From the NCBI GenBank assembly GCA_036396655.1, contig DASWKK010000095.1:1-62357 (forward strand): a stretch of 62,357 bases of DNA. Direction: 5' to 3'. The position numbers and the translations under genes are program-made. The notes below the pieces were generated by a model. The model was not told the origin of the DNA. It ran no database searches and saw only the letters and a list, made by a program, of their open reading frames with translations. Source of the DNA: Acidimicrobiia bacterium. Lineage in GTDB: Bacteria; Actinomycetota; Acidimicrobiia; Spongiisociales; ZC4RG35. Of this stretch, positions 19,143 through 29,564 are shown piece after piece (within the stretch, counting starts at the first letter, position 1; the number at the start of each line of letters is the position of its first letter).

Positions 19143-19197
19143 GTTCTAGATTGTCATCCAAGCTGAATTCTAGACGCAATTCGAGTACCGTACGGGT

Positions 19198-19776
19198 ATG
19201 AAGACACCTCCCGACCATCTAGCGGCGCGTCTCTACGACGAAAGCGCGCAGATCCTGCGACTGGATGGCGAGGTCAAGCTCGACGAGGTCGCCACCACGA
19301 TCGGGGTGCCCCGGGCAACCCTCTACTACTACTTCTCAGGCCGTGACGATCTGACCGCGTACCTGCTGACCCGACACCTCGAAGCAGGGAGTGAAGTCTT
19401 CGCACCGGTTCTATCCGGCGAGAGCGGCGCCGGTGACAAGCTCCGGGCACTGCTGGAGGCGATGATCGGGTTCCTCGCCGAACACCCCGGCGTGTGCGGT
19501 GGGCTGTTGTCCGCCCTTGGCTCCGGGATCGGAATGCAGGAGGTCATGACTGCCAACGATCGAGTCATCGCTGCTCCGTTACGTGACCTGCTCAGCCAAG
19601 GCCGGGAAAGGGGAGAATTCACCTTCGACGATGCGGGAGACACCGCCAACATCCTGCTCGGCGCCATGCTCATCACGGTCCTGGGCCGAGCCGTGGAAGG
19701 ACGCAGCCTCGACGACGGCGAGTTTCGCGAATCAACCGCCGACCAGCTGCTACGAACCGCGACCACCTCACCCTGA
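19198..19776 (+). CDS. TetR/AcrR-family regulator, divergent from the SDR
   Basis: HTH LDEVATTIGVPRATLYYYF. Confidence 0.92.
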   Translation: MKTPPDHLAARLYDESAQILRLDGEVKLDEVATTIGVPRATLYYYFSGRDDLTAYLLTRHLEAGSEVFAPVLSGESGAGDKLRALLEAMIGFLAEHPGVCGGLLSALGSGIGMQEVMTANDRVIAAPLRDLLSQGRERGEFTFDDAGDTANILLGAMLITVLGRAVEGRSLDDGEFRESTADQLLRTATTSP

Positions 19777-20048
19777 CCGTGCCCCCGTCGCCCTGCCACG
19801 CTGTCGTCGGCCCCGACCGCACACGGTTTCGGAGCGAAGCGACACTCTCACGCGACTGAGGCTTGCGTCAGCCGCTGGTCAACACGCATGCGCGACGTTG
19901 AGTGCGCTCGGGGCAGACACGGTTTTCAACGATCGTGGCATCAAAGCGTTGGAGGTCTAGTTCGCTCCTCTCGGGGAAGTTCATCTGTGGGTGCAGGTGT
20001 AGCCCATGGTCCCTTTGAGCGCCCGCCTCCCGACCGGTAGGTTGCCCC

Positions 20049-20954
20049 ATGGATTCGTCCCAGTCGTCCTCCCACGGCAGAGCGGTGCTGCAGGCATTGT
20101 TCGTGACGTTCCTGTGGTCCACGTCGTTTGTACTGATCATCGTCGGTTTGGAGGACATTCCCCCGCTCACCTTTGCGGGGCTCCGTTATGGGCTGGCTTC
20201 GATCCTGTTGGCCGCGGTTCTCTTGGGACACGCGACAGCGCGGCAGCAGCTTCGCACTCTCGGGCCGGTTGGCTATGGCAGGCTAATGGCCCTGGGGGTG
20301 GTGTTCTACGCGGTCACCCAGGGTGCGCAGTTCGTGGCGTTGCACCACCTCCCGGCGGCCACCTTGAGCCTGGTGCTCAGCTTCACACCGATTCTCGTGA
20401 TCCTCGCCGCGTCGTCACTCCTCGATGAGCGCCAAACGACCCAGCAATGGGCAGGCACCGCGCTATCCGTCGGAGGCGCCGTCGTCTACTTCTGGCCCGC
20501 TGCCACCGCCACCCAGGCGGCGGTAGGGTTTGCTGCTGCCCTGATTGGTCTGGTGGCCAACACGACATCCACTCTTCTCGGGAGATCCGTCAACCGGACA
20601 GGCCACCTCCACCCGTTGGCGGTCACAGTGGTCAGTATGGGTGTCGGCTCGCTCCTGCTCGTCGCCGCCGGGGTGGCAACCGAGCCAACACCGGAGATCC
20701 CGGCATCGGGCTGGCTCATCATCGTCTGGCTGGCGGTGGTCAACACGGCTCTCGCCTTCGTGCTGTGGAACCGATCACTCCAGCGGCTCACCGCCAACGA
20801 GGCCAGCATCATCAACAACACGATGCTGATCCAGGTCGCCATTCTTGCCTGGCTCTTCCTCGACCAGGGTTTGACGCCACTCGAGATTGGCGGTGTCTCC
20901 GTGGTCGCCGTCGGCACAGTCCTCGTCCAACTACGCCAGAGAACCACACGGTGA
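20049..20954 (+). CDS. EamA/DMT-family transporter
   Basis: About 10 TM, PPLTFAGLR, LWNRSL...A EamA pattern. Confidence 0.9.
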   Translation: MDSSQSSSHGRAVLQALFVTFLWSTSFVLIIVGLEDIPPLTFAGLRYGLASILLAAVLLGHATARQQLRTLGPVGYGRLMALGVVFYAVTQGAQFVALHHLPAATLSLVLSFTPILVILAASSLLDERQTTQQWAGTALSVGGAVVYFWPAATATQAAVGFAAALIGLVANTTSTLLGRSVNRTGHLHPLAVTVVSMGVGSLLLVAAGVATEPTPEIPASGWLIIVWLAVVNTALAFVLWNRSLQRLTANEASIINNTMLIQVAILAWLFLDQGLTPLEIGGVSVVAVGTVLVQLRQRTTR

Positions 20955-21065
20955 GAACGGCCCACTTGTGGGTCTCGCGTTTGCCGAGCTTTACACTGTC
21001 TCCCTCACGCCAGAGCAGGCCATCGCAGACGTCGATGGTCTTCACTTTGCCTGAGGGGAGTTGAC

Positions 21066-23018
21066 TTGGATTCCGCAGCCATCAGCGAGGCATTGCGCCG
21101 TCTCGCAGCCAATCATCGTTGGACCTGGACCCCTTCCTGTCAACGGTTGTTGTCATCCTTGCCTGGCGCCGCCCCCAGGCGGCACCACGCCCAGGTGGTT
21201 GGCGAGTTGAGCCTCGAACAGCTGGAGACCCTGGCGGGCGACGACGAGTTCATCGCCCGGTTGTCCGACGAGCTGGCCGATCTGGAGCGGGCACTCGACG
21301 ACCCCGTCGAGCCCGAGGTCGCCTACTGCTCGCCCGAGTTCGGCATCAGCGCCTCGCTCCCCCAGTACTCCGGTGGACTAGGTGTTCTCGCCGGTGATCA
21401 TCTCAAGGCGGCCAGCGACCAACGAGCCCCGCTGGTTGGAGTCGGCGTCTTCTACCGGCACGGCTACTTCACCCAAGCCATCGCCGAAGGCGAGCAGACC
21501 GAGACCTACCCGGTAGTCACCCCGGAAGGGATCGGAGCCCACGACACGGGCACGGTGGTCGAGATCCCCCTTCCCGGCCGGACGGTCGAAGCCCGGGTGT
21601 GGCGCATCGACGTCGGGCGCGTTCCGCTTCTCGTCCTCGACACCGACCTCGACATCAACAGCGACGGGGACCGGTTGATCGGTGACCGTCTCTACGGAGG
21701 CGACCGCCAACACCGTCTCGACCAGGAGATGTTGCTCGGAGTGGGGGGAGCACGAGCACTCGGGGCTCTCGGGTTCCAAATCCCGGTGCATCATCTCAAC
21801 GAAGGTCACGCCGGTTTCATCGCACTCGAGCTGATCGACCGGGTGATCGAAGACGCCGACCTGGATGGCGCCTTGGACCGGATCAGGCGAGGTCTGGTGT
21901 TCACCACTCACACCCCGGTCCCAGCGGGCATCGACCGTTTCGACCGGAACATGATCCTTCCTTATCTCGAACCGTGGGCCGATCGCTGGGGGACGCCGCT
22001 CGACAGTCTGTGGGCCCTGGGTGAGGACCCCGAGTACCCGGATCAGTTCAACATGGCCGCGCTCAGCCTTCGCCTCAGCAGTGCGGCCAACGGTGTCTCA
22101 CGGCTTCACGGTGAGGTGAGCCGCTCGCTGTTCACCGGTGTCGGCATCGGGGAACGAATCACATCGATCACCAACGGCGTCCATGGTCGAACCTGGGTCG
22201 GTGAAGAGACCCAGCATCTCTTCGACGAGGTGCTCGGCTCCACCTGGGACAACGGAGATCCTGATGCATGGGACCACGCCGACGCCATCGACGACGACCG
22301 CTTGGCACAGGTGAGACGCAACGCCTCGCTACGCCTCGCCGACCTTGTCGCCTCCAAAACAGCCCAGTCTCTCGACCCCGATTCGCTCATCGTCGGGTTT
22401 GCCCGGCGGTTCGCCCCCTACAAGAGGGCCACCCTGCTGCTTCACCACCGCGATCGTCTTGGAGAGCTCTTGGACAACGACCAGAGACCATTGTGCTTCG
22501 TCTTCGCCGGGAAGGCTCACCCCGAGGACATGGCAGGAAAGGCAATGCTTGCCGAGATCGTCGATTTCTCGACGTCTGAGGCTGCCAACAACCGACTGGT
22601 ATTCCTTCCCGGATACGACATGGACGTCGCCGCCACCCTGGTCCAGGGATGCGACATCTGGCTCAACAACCCGATTCGGCCCCGAGAAGCGTCGGGGACC
22701 AGCGGGGAGAAAGCCGCCCTGAACGGGGGGTTGAACTGCTCGATCCTCGACGGTTGGTGGGCCGAGATGTTCGACGGGCACAACGGTTGGGCGATCGCTT
22801 CGAGCGACGAGCCCGATCCCGCGCTGAGAGACCAGGTGGAAGCGTCCTCGATGTATGAGACCCTATCCTCGATTCGTGACGAGTACCACGATGACCGACG
22901 CCGATTCAACGACCGGATTCGCCACGCATGGAGGACACTTGGGCCCCAGGTGACCGCGGGACGGATGGTTGGCGACTACGTGGAGAAGGTTTACGGACCG
23001 GCCCTGGAACGGACCTGA
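21066..23018 (+). CDS. glgP: Alpha-glucan phosphorylase
   Basis: YSGGLGVLAGDHLK, HLNEGH, TTHTPVPAG, FARRFAPYKRA, EASGTSGEKAALNG (PLP Lys). Confidence 0.95.
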   Translation: MDSAAISEALRRLAANHRWTWTPSCQRLLSSLPGAAPRRHHAQVVGELSLEQLETLAGDDEFIARLSDELADLERALDDPVEPEVAYCSPEFGISASLPQYSGGLGVLAGDHLKAASDQRAPLVGVGVFYRHGYFTQAIAEGEQTETYPVVTPEGIGAHDTGTVVEIPLPGRTVEARVWRIDVGRVPLLVLDTDLDINSDGDRLIGDRLYGGDRQHRLDQEMLLGVGGARALGALGFQIPVHHLNEGHAGFIALELIDRVIEDADLDGALDRIRRGLVFTTHTPVPAGIDRFDRNMILPYLEPWADRWGTPLDSLWALGEDPEYPDQFNMAALSLRLSSAANGVSRLHGEVSRSLFTGVGIGERITSITNGVHGRTWVGEETQHLFDEVLGSTWDNGDPDAWDHADAIDDDRLAQVRRNASLRLADLVASKTAQSLDPDSLIVGFARRFAPYKRATLLLHHRDRLGELLDNDQRPLCFVFAGKAHPEDMAGKAMLAEIVDFSTSEAANNRLVFLPGYDMDVAATLVQGCDIWLNNPIRPREASGTSGEKAALNGGLNCSILDGWWAEMFDGHNGWAIASSDEPDPALRDQVEASSMYETLSSIRDEYHDDRRRFNDRIRHAWRTLGPQVTAGRMVGDYVEKVYGPALERT

Positions 23019-23136
23019 TCCAACTCACCTGACTCCGAGCCCGGCTAGCGGAGTGACACGAAATCGCGGTCATGTCGTGGCGAATAGGGACTTCTGACCC
23101 TTGCACCACCCTCCCAGCAGGGAACGACAATAGGTC

Positions 23137-23610
23137 ATGACCTACCAGGACGTCGGAATCGAGATCCCCGCCAGGCGACTGGCGTCGGCCAACTCCCGCC
23201 GACGAGTGCTCAACGAGACGATGGTGGAGTTGGAGCACGCAGTCGCCCGCCCCATTTCAGCCCCCGGGTGGCTGGATCGGGTCCAGAACTGCCTGGTGAT
23301 GGTGCACGACGCGCTCAGGGTGCACATCGAGGACGTCGAGGGTGATGACGGGCTGCTGGAGGAGATCCTCAATGAAGCCCCTCGGCTGGCGCCGATGGCC
23401 CAAGACCTCGAGAGGGAGCACATTGCGCTGCTCGATGCTTACACCCGTACCGAGCAGCGGCTGCGAGCCGCCCGTGAGCATGGGCCAGGTGATTATTCGG
23501 CGGTACGCCGCCGGGTGACCTCGCTGCTCGGTCGATTGACTCTGCATCGCCAGCACGGCTCGGATCTCGTCTACGAGGCATACAACGTCGACATCGACGC
23601 TGCCGACTGA
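23137..23610 (+). CDS. Hemerythrin-like domain protein
   Basis: H-x3-E (HIEDVE), EH, and HRQH...LVYEAY helical-bundle pattern. Confidence 0.6.
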   Translation: MTYQDVGIEIPARRLASANSRRRVLNETMVELEHAVARPISAPGWLDRVQNCLVMVHDALRVHIEDVEGDDGLLEEILNEAPRLAPMAQDLEREHIALLDAYTRTEQRLRAAREHGPGDYSAVRRRVTSLLGRLTLHRQHGSDLVYEAYNVDIDAAD

Positions 23611-23621
23611 GGCTTTGTCCT

Positions 23622-23659
23622 AAAAAGGAGCGGGCGACCGGTGGGTCGCCCGCTTTTTT
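23622..23659. terminator. Bidirectional intrinsic terminator
   Basis: AAAAA-GG-AGCGGGCGACC-GGTG-GGTCGCCCGCT-TTTTT between convergent genes. Confidence 0.9.
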
Positions 23660-23690
23660 CATCGCTCCGAGGGGGTTAGGGAGAACCTGG

Positions 23691-24326
23691 TCACTTGTTG
23701 TGACCCGGAGCGGAACCTGAGTTGCCGGGCCCATCGGTGTGGTCGGGCTTGCCGGCAGGGTCGTGCTTACCCGCCGTGTCCGGCTTACCGGCACTTTCGG
23801 GCTTGCCGCTGATGTCGTCGGGAGAGCTCTTGTCGGGATTCAGGCAGCGAGTCTCGACCGTGGTGAGATCCACGACCCCCGGCGCCGTCAAATCGGCGTC
23901 CGAAGTGTCACCAGGCTTGACCTGTTGGTCGTCCTTGCCGAGATCGGACTGAGCGAGATGACGGACCACGCACCCTCGACCCTGGCCCTGCCAGAGGCTG
24001 TTGAAGAGTTTCATGAACATCCCGTGATTCACCTGCCCATTGGGGCCGGAGACCTCGAGACCACTCGTCCCACACTCGGTGTCTGAAGACTCGACACCAG
24101 GGGTCCCTTCCACCAACGGACAGTCGAGGCTGCCATCCAGCGCGGAAAGGTTGAATACGAACATGCGATTGATCAGGTCGTAACCGAAGCTGAACAAGGT
24201 GTCGGCCACCTGACCGAGCTCGACGATCTCATCGGCCTCGTCGTCCGCCGCCCAAGCCACACCCGAGCCGGCCAAGAGCCCAATGACGATGAAAGTGGCA
24301 AAGGCCGATCTCTTCAGTTTTGGCAT
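23691..24326 (-). CDS. Hypothetical secreted protein with C-terminal GKP(D/E) repeats
   Basis: Signal peptide ending AWA, NHGMF core, tail GKPESAGKPDTAGKHDPAGKPDH. GGAG SD before ATG 24326. Confidence 0.7.
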   Translation of the reverse strand: MPKLKRSAFATFIVIGLLAGSGVAWAADDEADEIVELGQVADTLFSFGYDLINRMFVFNLSALDGSLDCPLVEGTPGVESSDTECGTSGLEVSGPNGQVNHGMFMKLFNSLWQGQGRGCVVRHLAQSDLGKDDQQVKPGDTSDADLTAPGVVDLTTVETRCLNPDKSSPDDISGKPESAGKPDTAGKHDPAGKPDHTDGPGNSGSAPGHNK

Positions 24327-24412
24327 GAGTCGCTCCGGTTTGGTCCGAGTTGTCACCTCCTGTAATCGTCATAGCGGTGATTTGGGTTACGGGCGAAGAC
24401 GTCTGATCTTGT

Positions 24413-24456
24413 TCCCACCTGGTTCCCAGCAAACTCACAGGAAGTGGGTCTAGTTT
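24413..24456 (+). promoter_or_regulatory. OmpR-family direct-repeat boxes plus -10 (autoregulatory promoter)
   Basis: TCCCACC 24413, TCCCAGC 24424, TCACAGG 24435 (11-nt period). TAGTTT follows 9 nt later, 7 nt before ATG. Confidence 0.65.
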
Positions 24457-24463
24457 GACCTCG

Positions 24464-25174
24464 ATGCCCACCACCATCGACCGCGATGCGACAGTCCTGG
24501 TCGTCGACGATGAAGAGGCCCTCACCGATCTGGTCTCCAGCGCACTTCGATTTGCCGGCTATGCGGTCAGGACCGCGGCCGATGGGTTCGAGGCACTGCG
24601 CAGCATCAAGGCGGACCCACCCGACCTGATTGTCCTCGACGTCAACATGCCCGAGCTCGACGGGTTCGAGGTGTGCCGGAGGATCAGGCGTGACGGGATT
24701 CAGGTACCGGTGATCTTCCTAACCGCTCGGGATGGCATCGACGACCTCAGGGTCGGGTTCCGCCAGGGCGGTGACGATTACTTGACGAAGCCTTTCAGTC
24801 TCGAAGAGCTTGGCCTGCGCATCGAAGCCCTGCTTCGTCGTTCCGGTGGCATGACCGACTCCCGCCCGAGAATTGCGGTCGGCGAGGTGGTCGTCGATGA
24901 AGACGCGCATCAGGTGTTCCACGGCGACGCCGAAGTTCAGCTCTCCCCGACCGAGTTCCGTCTCCTTCGCTTCCTCCTCCTCAACCGGGGACGGGTCATG
25001 TCCAAGACACAAATCGTCGACCACGTCTGGGAGTACGACTTCGACGGCAATTACGGCATCGTCGAGACCTACGTCTCCTACTTGCGAAAGAAGCTGGGCG
25101 ACTCCGACGGGAGCCTGATCCAGACGGTGCGCGGGGTGGGATACGTGGTTCGCCCCGCCCGGGACGAGGAATGA
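24464..25174 (+). CDS. OmpR/PhoP-family response regulator
   Basis: LVVDDE, IVLDVNMP, GGDDYLTKPF, LSPTEFRLL, IQTVRGVGY. Confidence 0.97.
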   Translation: MPTTIDRDATVLVVDDEEALTDLVSSALRFAGYAVRTAADGFEALRSIKADPPDLIVLDVNMPELDGFEVCRRIRRDGIQVPVIFLTARDGIDDLRVGFRQGGDDYLTKPFSLEELGLRIEALLRRSGGMTDSRPRIAVGEVVVDEDAHQVFHGDAEVQLSPTEFRLLRFLLLNRGRVMSKTQIVDHVWEYDFDGNYGIVETYVSYLRKKLGDSDGSLIQTVRGVGYVVRPARDEE

Positions 25175-26586
25175 GTCTCCGCACCAGACTCGTCATCTCG
25201 TTCACGGTCCTCTTGCTGGTGGTGGTGGTAACGGTCGGCTTTGTTGCCTCCCGCTCCATCGAAGGCATCCTCATCGCACAGATCGATCGACTCCTGGTCG
25301 GTTTCGTCGAGCGGGGCCCGTTCCCCGGCCAGCTCATCCCCGGGCCCGACGAAGTCGAGCGAGGCCCGTTCCATCGCGACGTCGCCGAGGTGGTTCTCAA
25401 CAAAGACGGCGTGGAGATCTTCGCCGCCCCCTCCGGGTTCGCCGACGACCCCGACCCGTTGCCCGACGTCTCCGAGCTCCCCGACCGCACCGAGCCGGTG
25501 TTCCTCGCCGCGGTCGACAACAGCCTTCGGTACCGGGCCGTTGTCATCCGTTTTCCCGACGGCTTCGAGCTACCCGGCGGAGTGAGCATCGCCGAGGGCA
25601 TCACCGTGGTCCGGGCCGCCCCCCTGACCGACGTCGAAGCGGCGGGCAATCGGCTGTTCCAGAGCGTTGCCCTCGCAGGCGCCGGGGTGCTGTTCCTCGG
25701 CGGGGCCGGCACCTGGTGGACGGTGAAACGCTCGATGCGCCCCGTCGAGCAGATGGTGGAGACGGCCGAGGCAATCGCGTCGGGCGATCTATCCCGTCGT
25801 GTCCCTGAGTTGGAGCCGGGAACCGAGCTCGGCAGGCTGGGCGGCTCCCTCAACGTGATGCTGACCCACATCGAGGAAGCGGTCGAGGTGGAGATGGAGG
25901 CCCAAGACCGGCTGCGCCGCTTCGTCGCCGATGCATCCCACGAGCTGCGAACCCCGGTTACCGCCATCTCCGGCTACGCCGAGCTGCGTCGGAGAGGGGG
26001 GCTGACCACCCCCGAGGAGGAGGAAAAGGCCTGGTCCCGTATCGAAAGCGAAGGACGGCGGATGGGGTCCTTGGTCGAGGATCTGCTCACCCTGACCCGA
26101 CTCGGGCAGGGCAAACCGCTCGACCTCGCCCAGGTCGACCTGGCCCGAGTCGCCCGCAACGCCGCCCAGGACCATCAAGTGATCGACCCGGAACGGCCGA
26201 TCACGGTCATCGCGACCGACGCCCTGGTCATCGAGGCCGACGAGGAGCGGCTCCACCAGGTGATCAGCAACCTCTTGAGCAACGTCCGGGTCCACACCCC
26301 ACCGTGGACCAAGGTGGAGATCGCCCTGGTCGAGCGGAACGACGACATCGTGATCGTGGTCGCCGACGATGGGATCGGCTTTCCCGAAGCCGATCTGGAC
26401 CATGTCTTCGACCGCTTTTACCGGGCAGACCCCTCCCGCTCTCGTCGGTCTGGGGGCAGCGGACTGGGCCTCGCCATCGTCGCCGCGATCGTGATCGCAC
26501 ACGGGGGCACGGTCGAGGCTTCCAACGTCGAAGGGGGCGGGGCCAAGATCGGCATCACCCTCCCCCGCCGGTCTCATCTCGACTGA
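25171..26586 (+). CDS. HAMP sensor histidine kinase
   Basis: Two TM, HAMP, ADASHELRTP, NLLSNV, DDGIGF, GSGLGLAIV. ATGA overlap with the RR. Confidence 0.96.
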   Translation: MSLRTRLVISFTVLLLVVVVTVGFVASRSIEGILIAQIDRLLVGFVERGPFPGQLIPGPDEVERGPFHRDVAEVVLNKDGVEIFAAPSGFADDPDPLPDVSELPDRTEPVFLAAVDNSLRYRAVVIRFPDGFELPGGVSIAEGITVVRAAPLTDVEAAGNRLFQSVALAGAGVLFLGGAGTWWTVKRSMRPVEQMVETAEAIASGDLSRRVPELEPGTELGRLGGSLNVMLTHIEEAVEVEMEAQDRLRRFVADASHELRTPVTAISGYAELRRRGGLTTPEEEEKAWSRIESEGRRMGSLVEDLLTLTRLGQGKPLDLAQVDLARVARNAAQDHQVIDPERPITVIATDALVIEADEERLHQVISNLLSNVRVHTPPWTKVEIALVERNDDIVIVVADDGIGFPEADLDHVFDRFYRADPSRSRRSGGSGLGLAIVAAIVIAHGGTVEASNVEGGGAKIGITLPRRSHLD

Positions 26587-26595
26587 TCCTTCGAC

Positions 26596-26650
26596 TCCCA
26601 CCCAATTCGACGTCGGCGCTCAGGATGGTCCCAGCCTTCGCCCGCACGAT
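26596..26650 (+). promoter_or_regulatory. Direct-repeat box array 2 plus -10
   Basis: TCCCACC 26596, TCGACGT 26607, GCTCAGG 26618, TCCCAGC 26629. CACGAT follows 9 nt later. Confidence 0.55.
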
Positions 26651-26683
26651 GGGCAGCGGCATCCCCAAACGAAAGGAGCTGAG

Positions 26684-26956
26684 ATGCCGGCTCAAACCAA
26701 CAAGGTGACACGGCTCACCGGAGCCGTCGCCCTGGTGGGCGCTCTGGGACTGGGTGCGGTCCTCGGGATCCCCAGTGTCGGTCTGGCCCAGACCGAGGAC
26801 ACCACGACCACTGTGGTCGAGGAGAGCTCGGAGACAACCGGGAGCACGGTCGCAGACGAGACCACGGAGACCGAGAAGTCGGGGGCGGAACGTCCCGACC
26901 GTGGCGACAGCGATTGTGAGAAGGACGAGGACACCACCTCGTCCTCCAACACCTGA
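26684..26956 (+). CDS. Small secreted acidic Thr/Glu-rich protein
   Basis: AAGGAG SD, signal peptide ending GLA, low-complexity mature part. Confidence 0.65.
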   Translation: MPAQTNKVTRLTGAVALVGALGLGAVLGIPSVGLAQTEDTTTTVVEESSETTGSTVADETTETEKSGAERPDRGDSDCEKDEDTTSSSNT

Positions 26957-26967
26957 CGACGGCCGAT

Positions 26968-26998
26968 TTCGGGTCCCGGGACAAACCCGGGACCCGAA
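26968..26998 (+). terminator. 13-bp hairpin
   Basis: TTCGGGTCCCGGG-ACAAA-CCCGGGACCCGAA just after stop 26956. Confidence 0.7.
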
Positions 26999-27002
26999 GC
27001 GT

Positions 27003-27057
27003 CTTAAGGAAACTCTCAGCTTGTCCCAAGGCCGGTCACAGCCGGCCCGAGGAGCCT
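27003..27057 (+). promoter_or_regulatory. Direct-repeat box array 3 plus -10
   Basis: CTTAAGG 27003, TCTCAGC 27014, CCCAAGG 27025, TCACAGC 27036. GAGCCT follows 9 nt later. Confidence 0.6.
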
Positions 27058-27097
27058 GGTACCGCCCGTAGCCATCCAGACAGGAGATTTAGAACCG

Positions 27098-27718
27098 ATG
27101 AGATCCAGAGCATTGCTGGCGTTGGCCGTGGTCCTCGCCGCATGCGGCGGCGGGGCCGACGACGACGGAGATGGGGTGGCCAGCCTCGACCAGTCGTCCA
27201 GTACCACCATCAGCGAAGAGATCGAATCCGATCCTGAAGCCGCCACCATCGCCTTCACCGAATGTATGCGAGAGAACGGTATCGAGATGGAGGACCCCAC
27301 CGTCGACGCCGACGGCAACGTGATCCCAGGTCGTCCTACCGACCTCCCCGAGCCCGACGACAACGGACAGGTTCGCGCCGGGAACGGCGAGCTGGGTGAG
27401 GATCTGAGACCCGCCTTTGATGAGTGCGGCGACTTGCTCGATGGAACCGCTTTCGGATTCACTCCCCAGGACCTGACCGAGCTCGAGGACCAACTCCTCG
27501 AACTGGCCGAGTGTCTCCGTGATCAGGGTCTTGATGTCGCCGATCCCGACCTGTCCGATCTGGGCGGTGGTCCCCAGGAGGGAGGGCCGTTCGGGATCGA
27601 CTTCCAGGACCCCGAGGTCCAGGCGGCGATGGACCAGTGCGAGGAGTTCGTACCAAACTTTGCGGGCGAAGGGCCCGGCTCCGGGTTCGGCGCCCCTGGT
27701 GACGGTGACGACCAGTGA
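27098..27718 (+). CDS. Lipoprotein with two Cys-containing internal repeats
   Basis: LAAC lipobox. FTECMRENG..EDP / LAECLRDQG..ADP and AFDEC / AMDQC repeats. Confidence 0.85.
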   Translation: MRSRALLALAVVLAACGGGADDDGDGVASLDQSSSTTISEEIESDPEAATIAFTECMRENGIEMEDPTVDADGNVIPGRPTDLPEPDDNGQVRAGNGELGEDLRPAFDECGDLLDGTAFGFTPQDLTELEDQLLELAECLRDQGLDVADPDLSDLGGGPQEGGPFGIDFQDPEVQAAMDQCEEFVPNFAGEGPGSGFGAPGDGDDQ

Positions 27719-28869
27719 GTCTCGAAGAGAAAGACACACAACCCATGGCCGCACCCGAAACCCGTGAGACGGGCAGTGCGGAGACGTTGAAGGGGGTGTC
27801 GCCCGAGCTGGAGCCGCGACGACGTCGCTGGTGGATCCCGACCCTGATCCTGATCCTGCTCGCCGGTCCCGCCACCTGGTGGTATCTGACGCAATCAGGT
27901 GAGCAGGAAGCCGCCGATACCACCGTCGGGGTCGAACTCGATTTCGCCGAGGTGGTCCTGACCGATCTGGTCGAGAACTCCGAATACGAGGGGACATTGG
28001 GCCGACTCGCCGGCGATCCGGTGAGCGTGCGTGCCGAAGGCACCGTGACCGCATTGCCCGAAGCGGGCACCACGCTGGAACAGGGCGACGTGGTCGCCTG
28101 GGTTGACAACCAGCCCGTTGTCCTCCTCTATGGGGAGCTGCCGATGTGGCGGGAGATGAGAGACGACACCGAGGGGCCCGATGTCCTCCAGCTGGAGACG
28201 GCGCTCACCGCGCTCGGTTACAACGAATCGGAGTCGTTGATGAACGTCGACGAGACCTTCACCGGCGCCACCGCGTCGGTGGTAGAGACATGGCAGGAGG
28301 CGATTGGCGGCGAGGGGGACGGCGTGGTCGGCATCGGCGACGTCGTCTTCGTCTCCGGCCCGGTGACGGTCGACGCCCTGCAGGTGGCGGTCGGCGACCA
28401 GATCGGGGGCAACACCCCGGTCTTCACCACCGCCGGCGAGGAACTCGAGGTCAGCTTCGGCCTCCCCACCTTTGAGCAGGACAACGTGGACGTGGGCGAT
28501 ACGGTGGAGATCACTCTCCCCGACCTGAGCACCGCCACCGGGGCGGTCACCGAGATCGCCACGGTCGCCACCACCCCCGAGGGCGGCGGCGATGTCACCT
28601 TCGAGACGATCGTCGAGCTCGACGACCCTTCCCTTGCCGCTGGCGTCGACGAGGCCCCGGTGATGGTGGCTGTGATCACCGACCGGGCCGATCAGGTGAC
28701 CGCGGTCCCAGTGGAGGCCCTGATCGCCCTGGCCGAGGGTGGGTATGCGGTGGAGGTCGAGGACGGGTCGGGGACAAGGCTGGTCGCCGTCGACCCCGGG
28801 TTCTATGCCGACGGGCTGGTCGAGGTGAACGGGGATGTCGCTCTCGGTGACCGGGTCGTGGTCCCGTGA
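27715..28869 (+). CDS. Membrane-fusion/adaptor-like protein with peptidoglycan-binding domain
   Basis: N-terminal [18 protein letters not shown]...TWQ PG-binding motif, VPVEAL...G adaptor C-terminus. Confidence 0.85.
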   Translation: MSLEEKDTQPMAAPETRETGSAETLKGVSPELEPRRRRWWIPTLILILLAGPATWWYLTQSGEQEAADTTVGVELDFAEVVLTDLVENSEYEGTLGRLAGDPVSVRAEGTVTALPEAGTTLEQGDVVAWVDNQPVVLLYGELPMWREMRDDTEGPDVLQLETALTALGYNESESLMNVDETFTGATASVVETWQEAIGGEGDGVVGIGDVVFVSGPVTVDALQVAVGDQIGGNTPVFTTAGEELEVSFGLPTFEQDNVDVGDTVEITLPDLSTATGAVTEIATVATTPEGGGDVTFETIVELDDPSLAAGVDEAPVMVAVITDRADQVTAVPVEALIALAEGGYAVEVEDGSGTRLVAVDPGFYADGLVEVNGDVALGDRVVVP

Positions 28870-29564
28870 GCGGCGTGGTGCTCAATCTCGAAGGGGTGCG
28901 GAAGGCCTACCCGGGCACACCCCCTGTGGTCGCGCTCGACGGGGTCGGCTTCAAGATCGAAGCGGGTGAGCTGGTCGGCGTAGTCGGCCCGTCCGGGTCG
29001 GGGAAGTCGACTCTGCTCCACATCATGGGGACATTGGACCGGGCCAGCTCGGGAAGGGTGGAAGTGGTCGGACACGACGTGTCCGCCCTCCCCGATCGGA
29101 AGCTGGCCTCTATCCGCGCCCGGCACATTGGCTTCGTCTTCCAGCAGTTCCATCTCCTCTCCGGCTACACCGCTCTCGACAACGTCGCCGACGGCCTGCT
29201 CTACACCGGGATCCCACTGAGACAGCGTCGGGCGCGGGCACGAGCCGCTTTGGGACGAGTCGGCCTCGATCACCGGCTCGGCCACGTCGCCTCAAAGCTC
29301 TCCGGTGGGGAGCGTCAGCGGGTTGCCATCGCACGTGCGGTAGTGGGAGAGCCCGAGATCCTCCTCGCCGACGAACCGACCGGAAACCTCGATACCCGAA
29401 CGGGGGCCTCCATCGTCGCTCTGCTCGAACATCTCAACCGGACCGGGACCACAGTGGTGGTGATCACCCATGACAGGGAGATCGCCGCGGTGCTGCCTCG
29501 CACGATCGAGATGAGAGACGGCCGAGTGGAAAGCGACCTGCAGGTGGTCGGAGCCCGGTCATGA
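28866..29564 (+). CDS. ABC ATP-binding protein (MacB/LolD-like)
   Basis: [33 protein letters not shown]. Confidence 0.96.
   Translation: MSGVVLNLEGVRKAYPGTPPVVALDGVGFKIEAGELVGVVGPSGSGKSTLLHIMGTLDRASSGRVEVVGHDVSALPDRKLASIRARHIGFVFQQFHLLSGYTALDNVADGLLYTGIPLRQRRARARAALGRVGLDHRLGHVASKLSGGERQRVAIARAVVGEPEILLADEPTGNLDTRTGASIVALLEHLNRTGTTVVVITHDREIAAVLPRTIEMRDGRVESDLQVVGARS

Noticed and set aside
19777-20040. Intergenic stretch with repeated CACGGTTT as possible sRNA or gene remnant
   Set aside because: No stable structure or recognisable frame that I could support.
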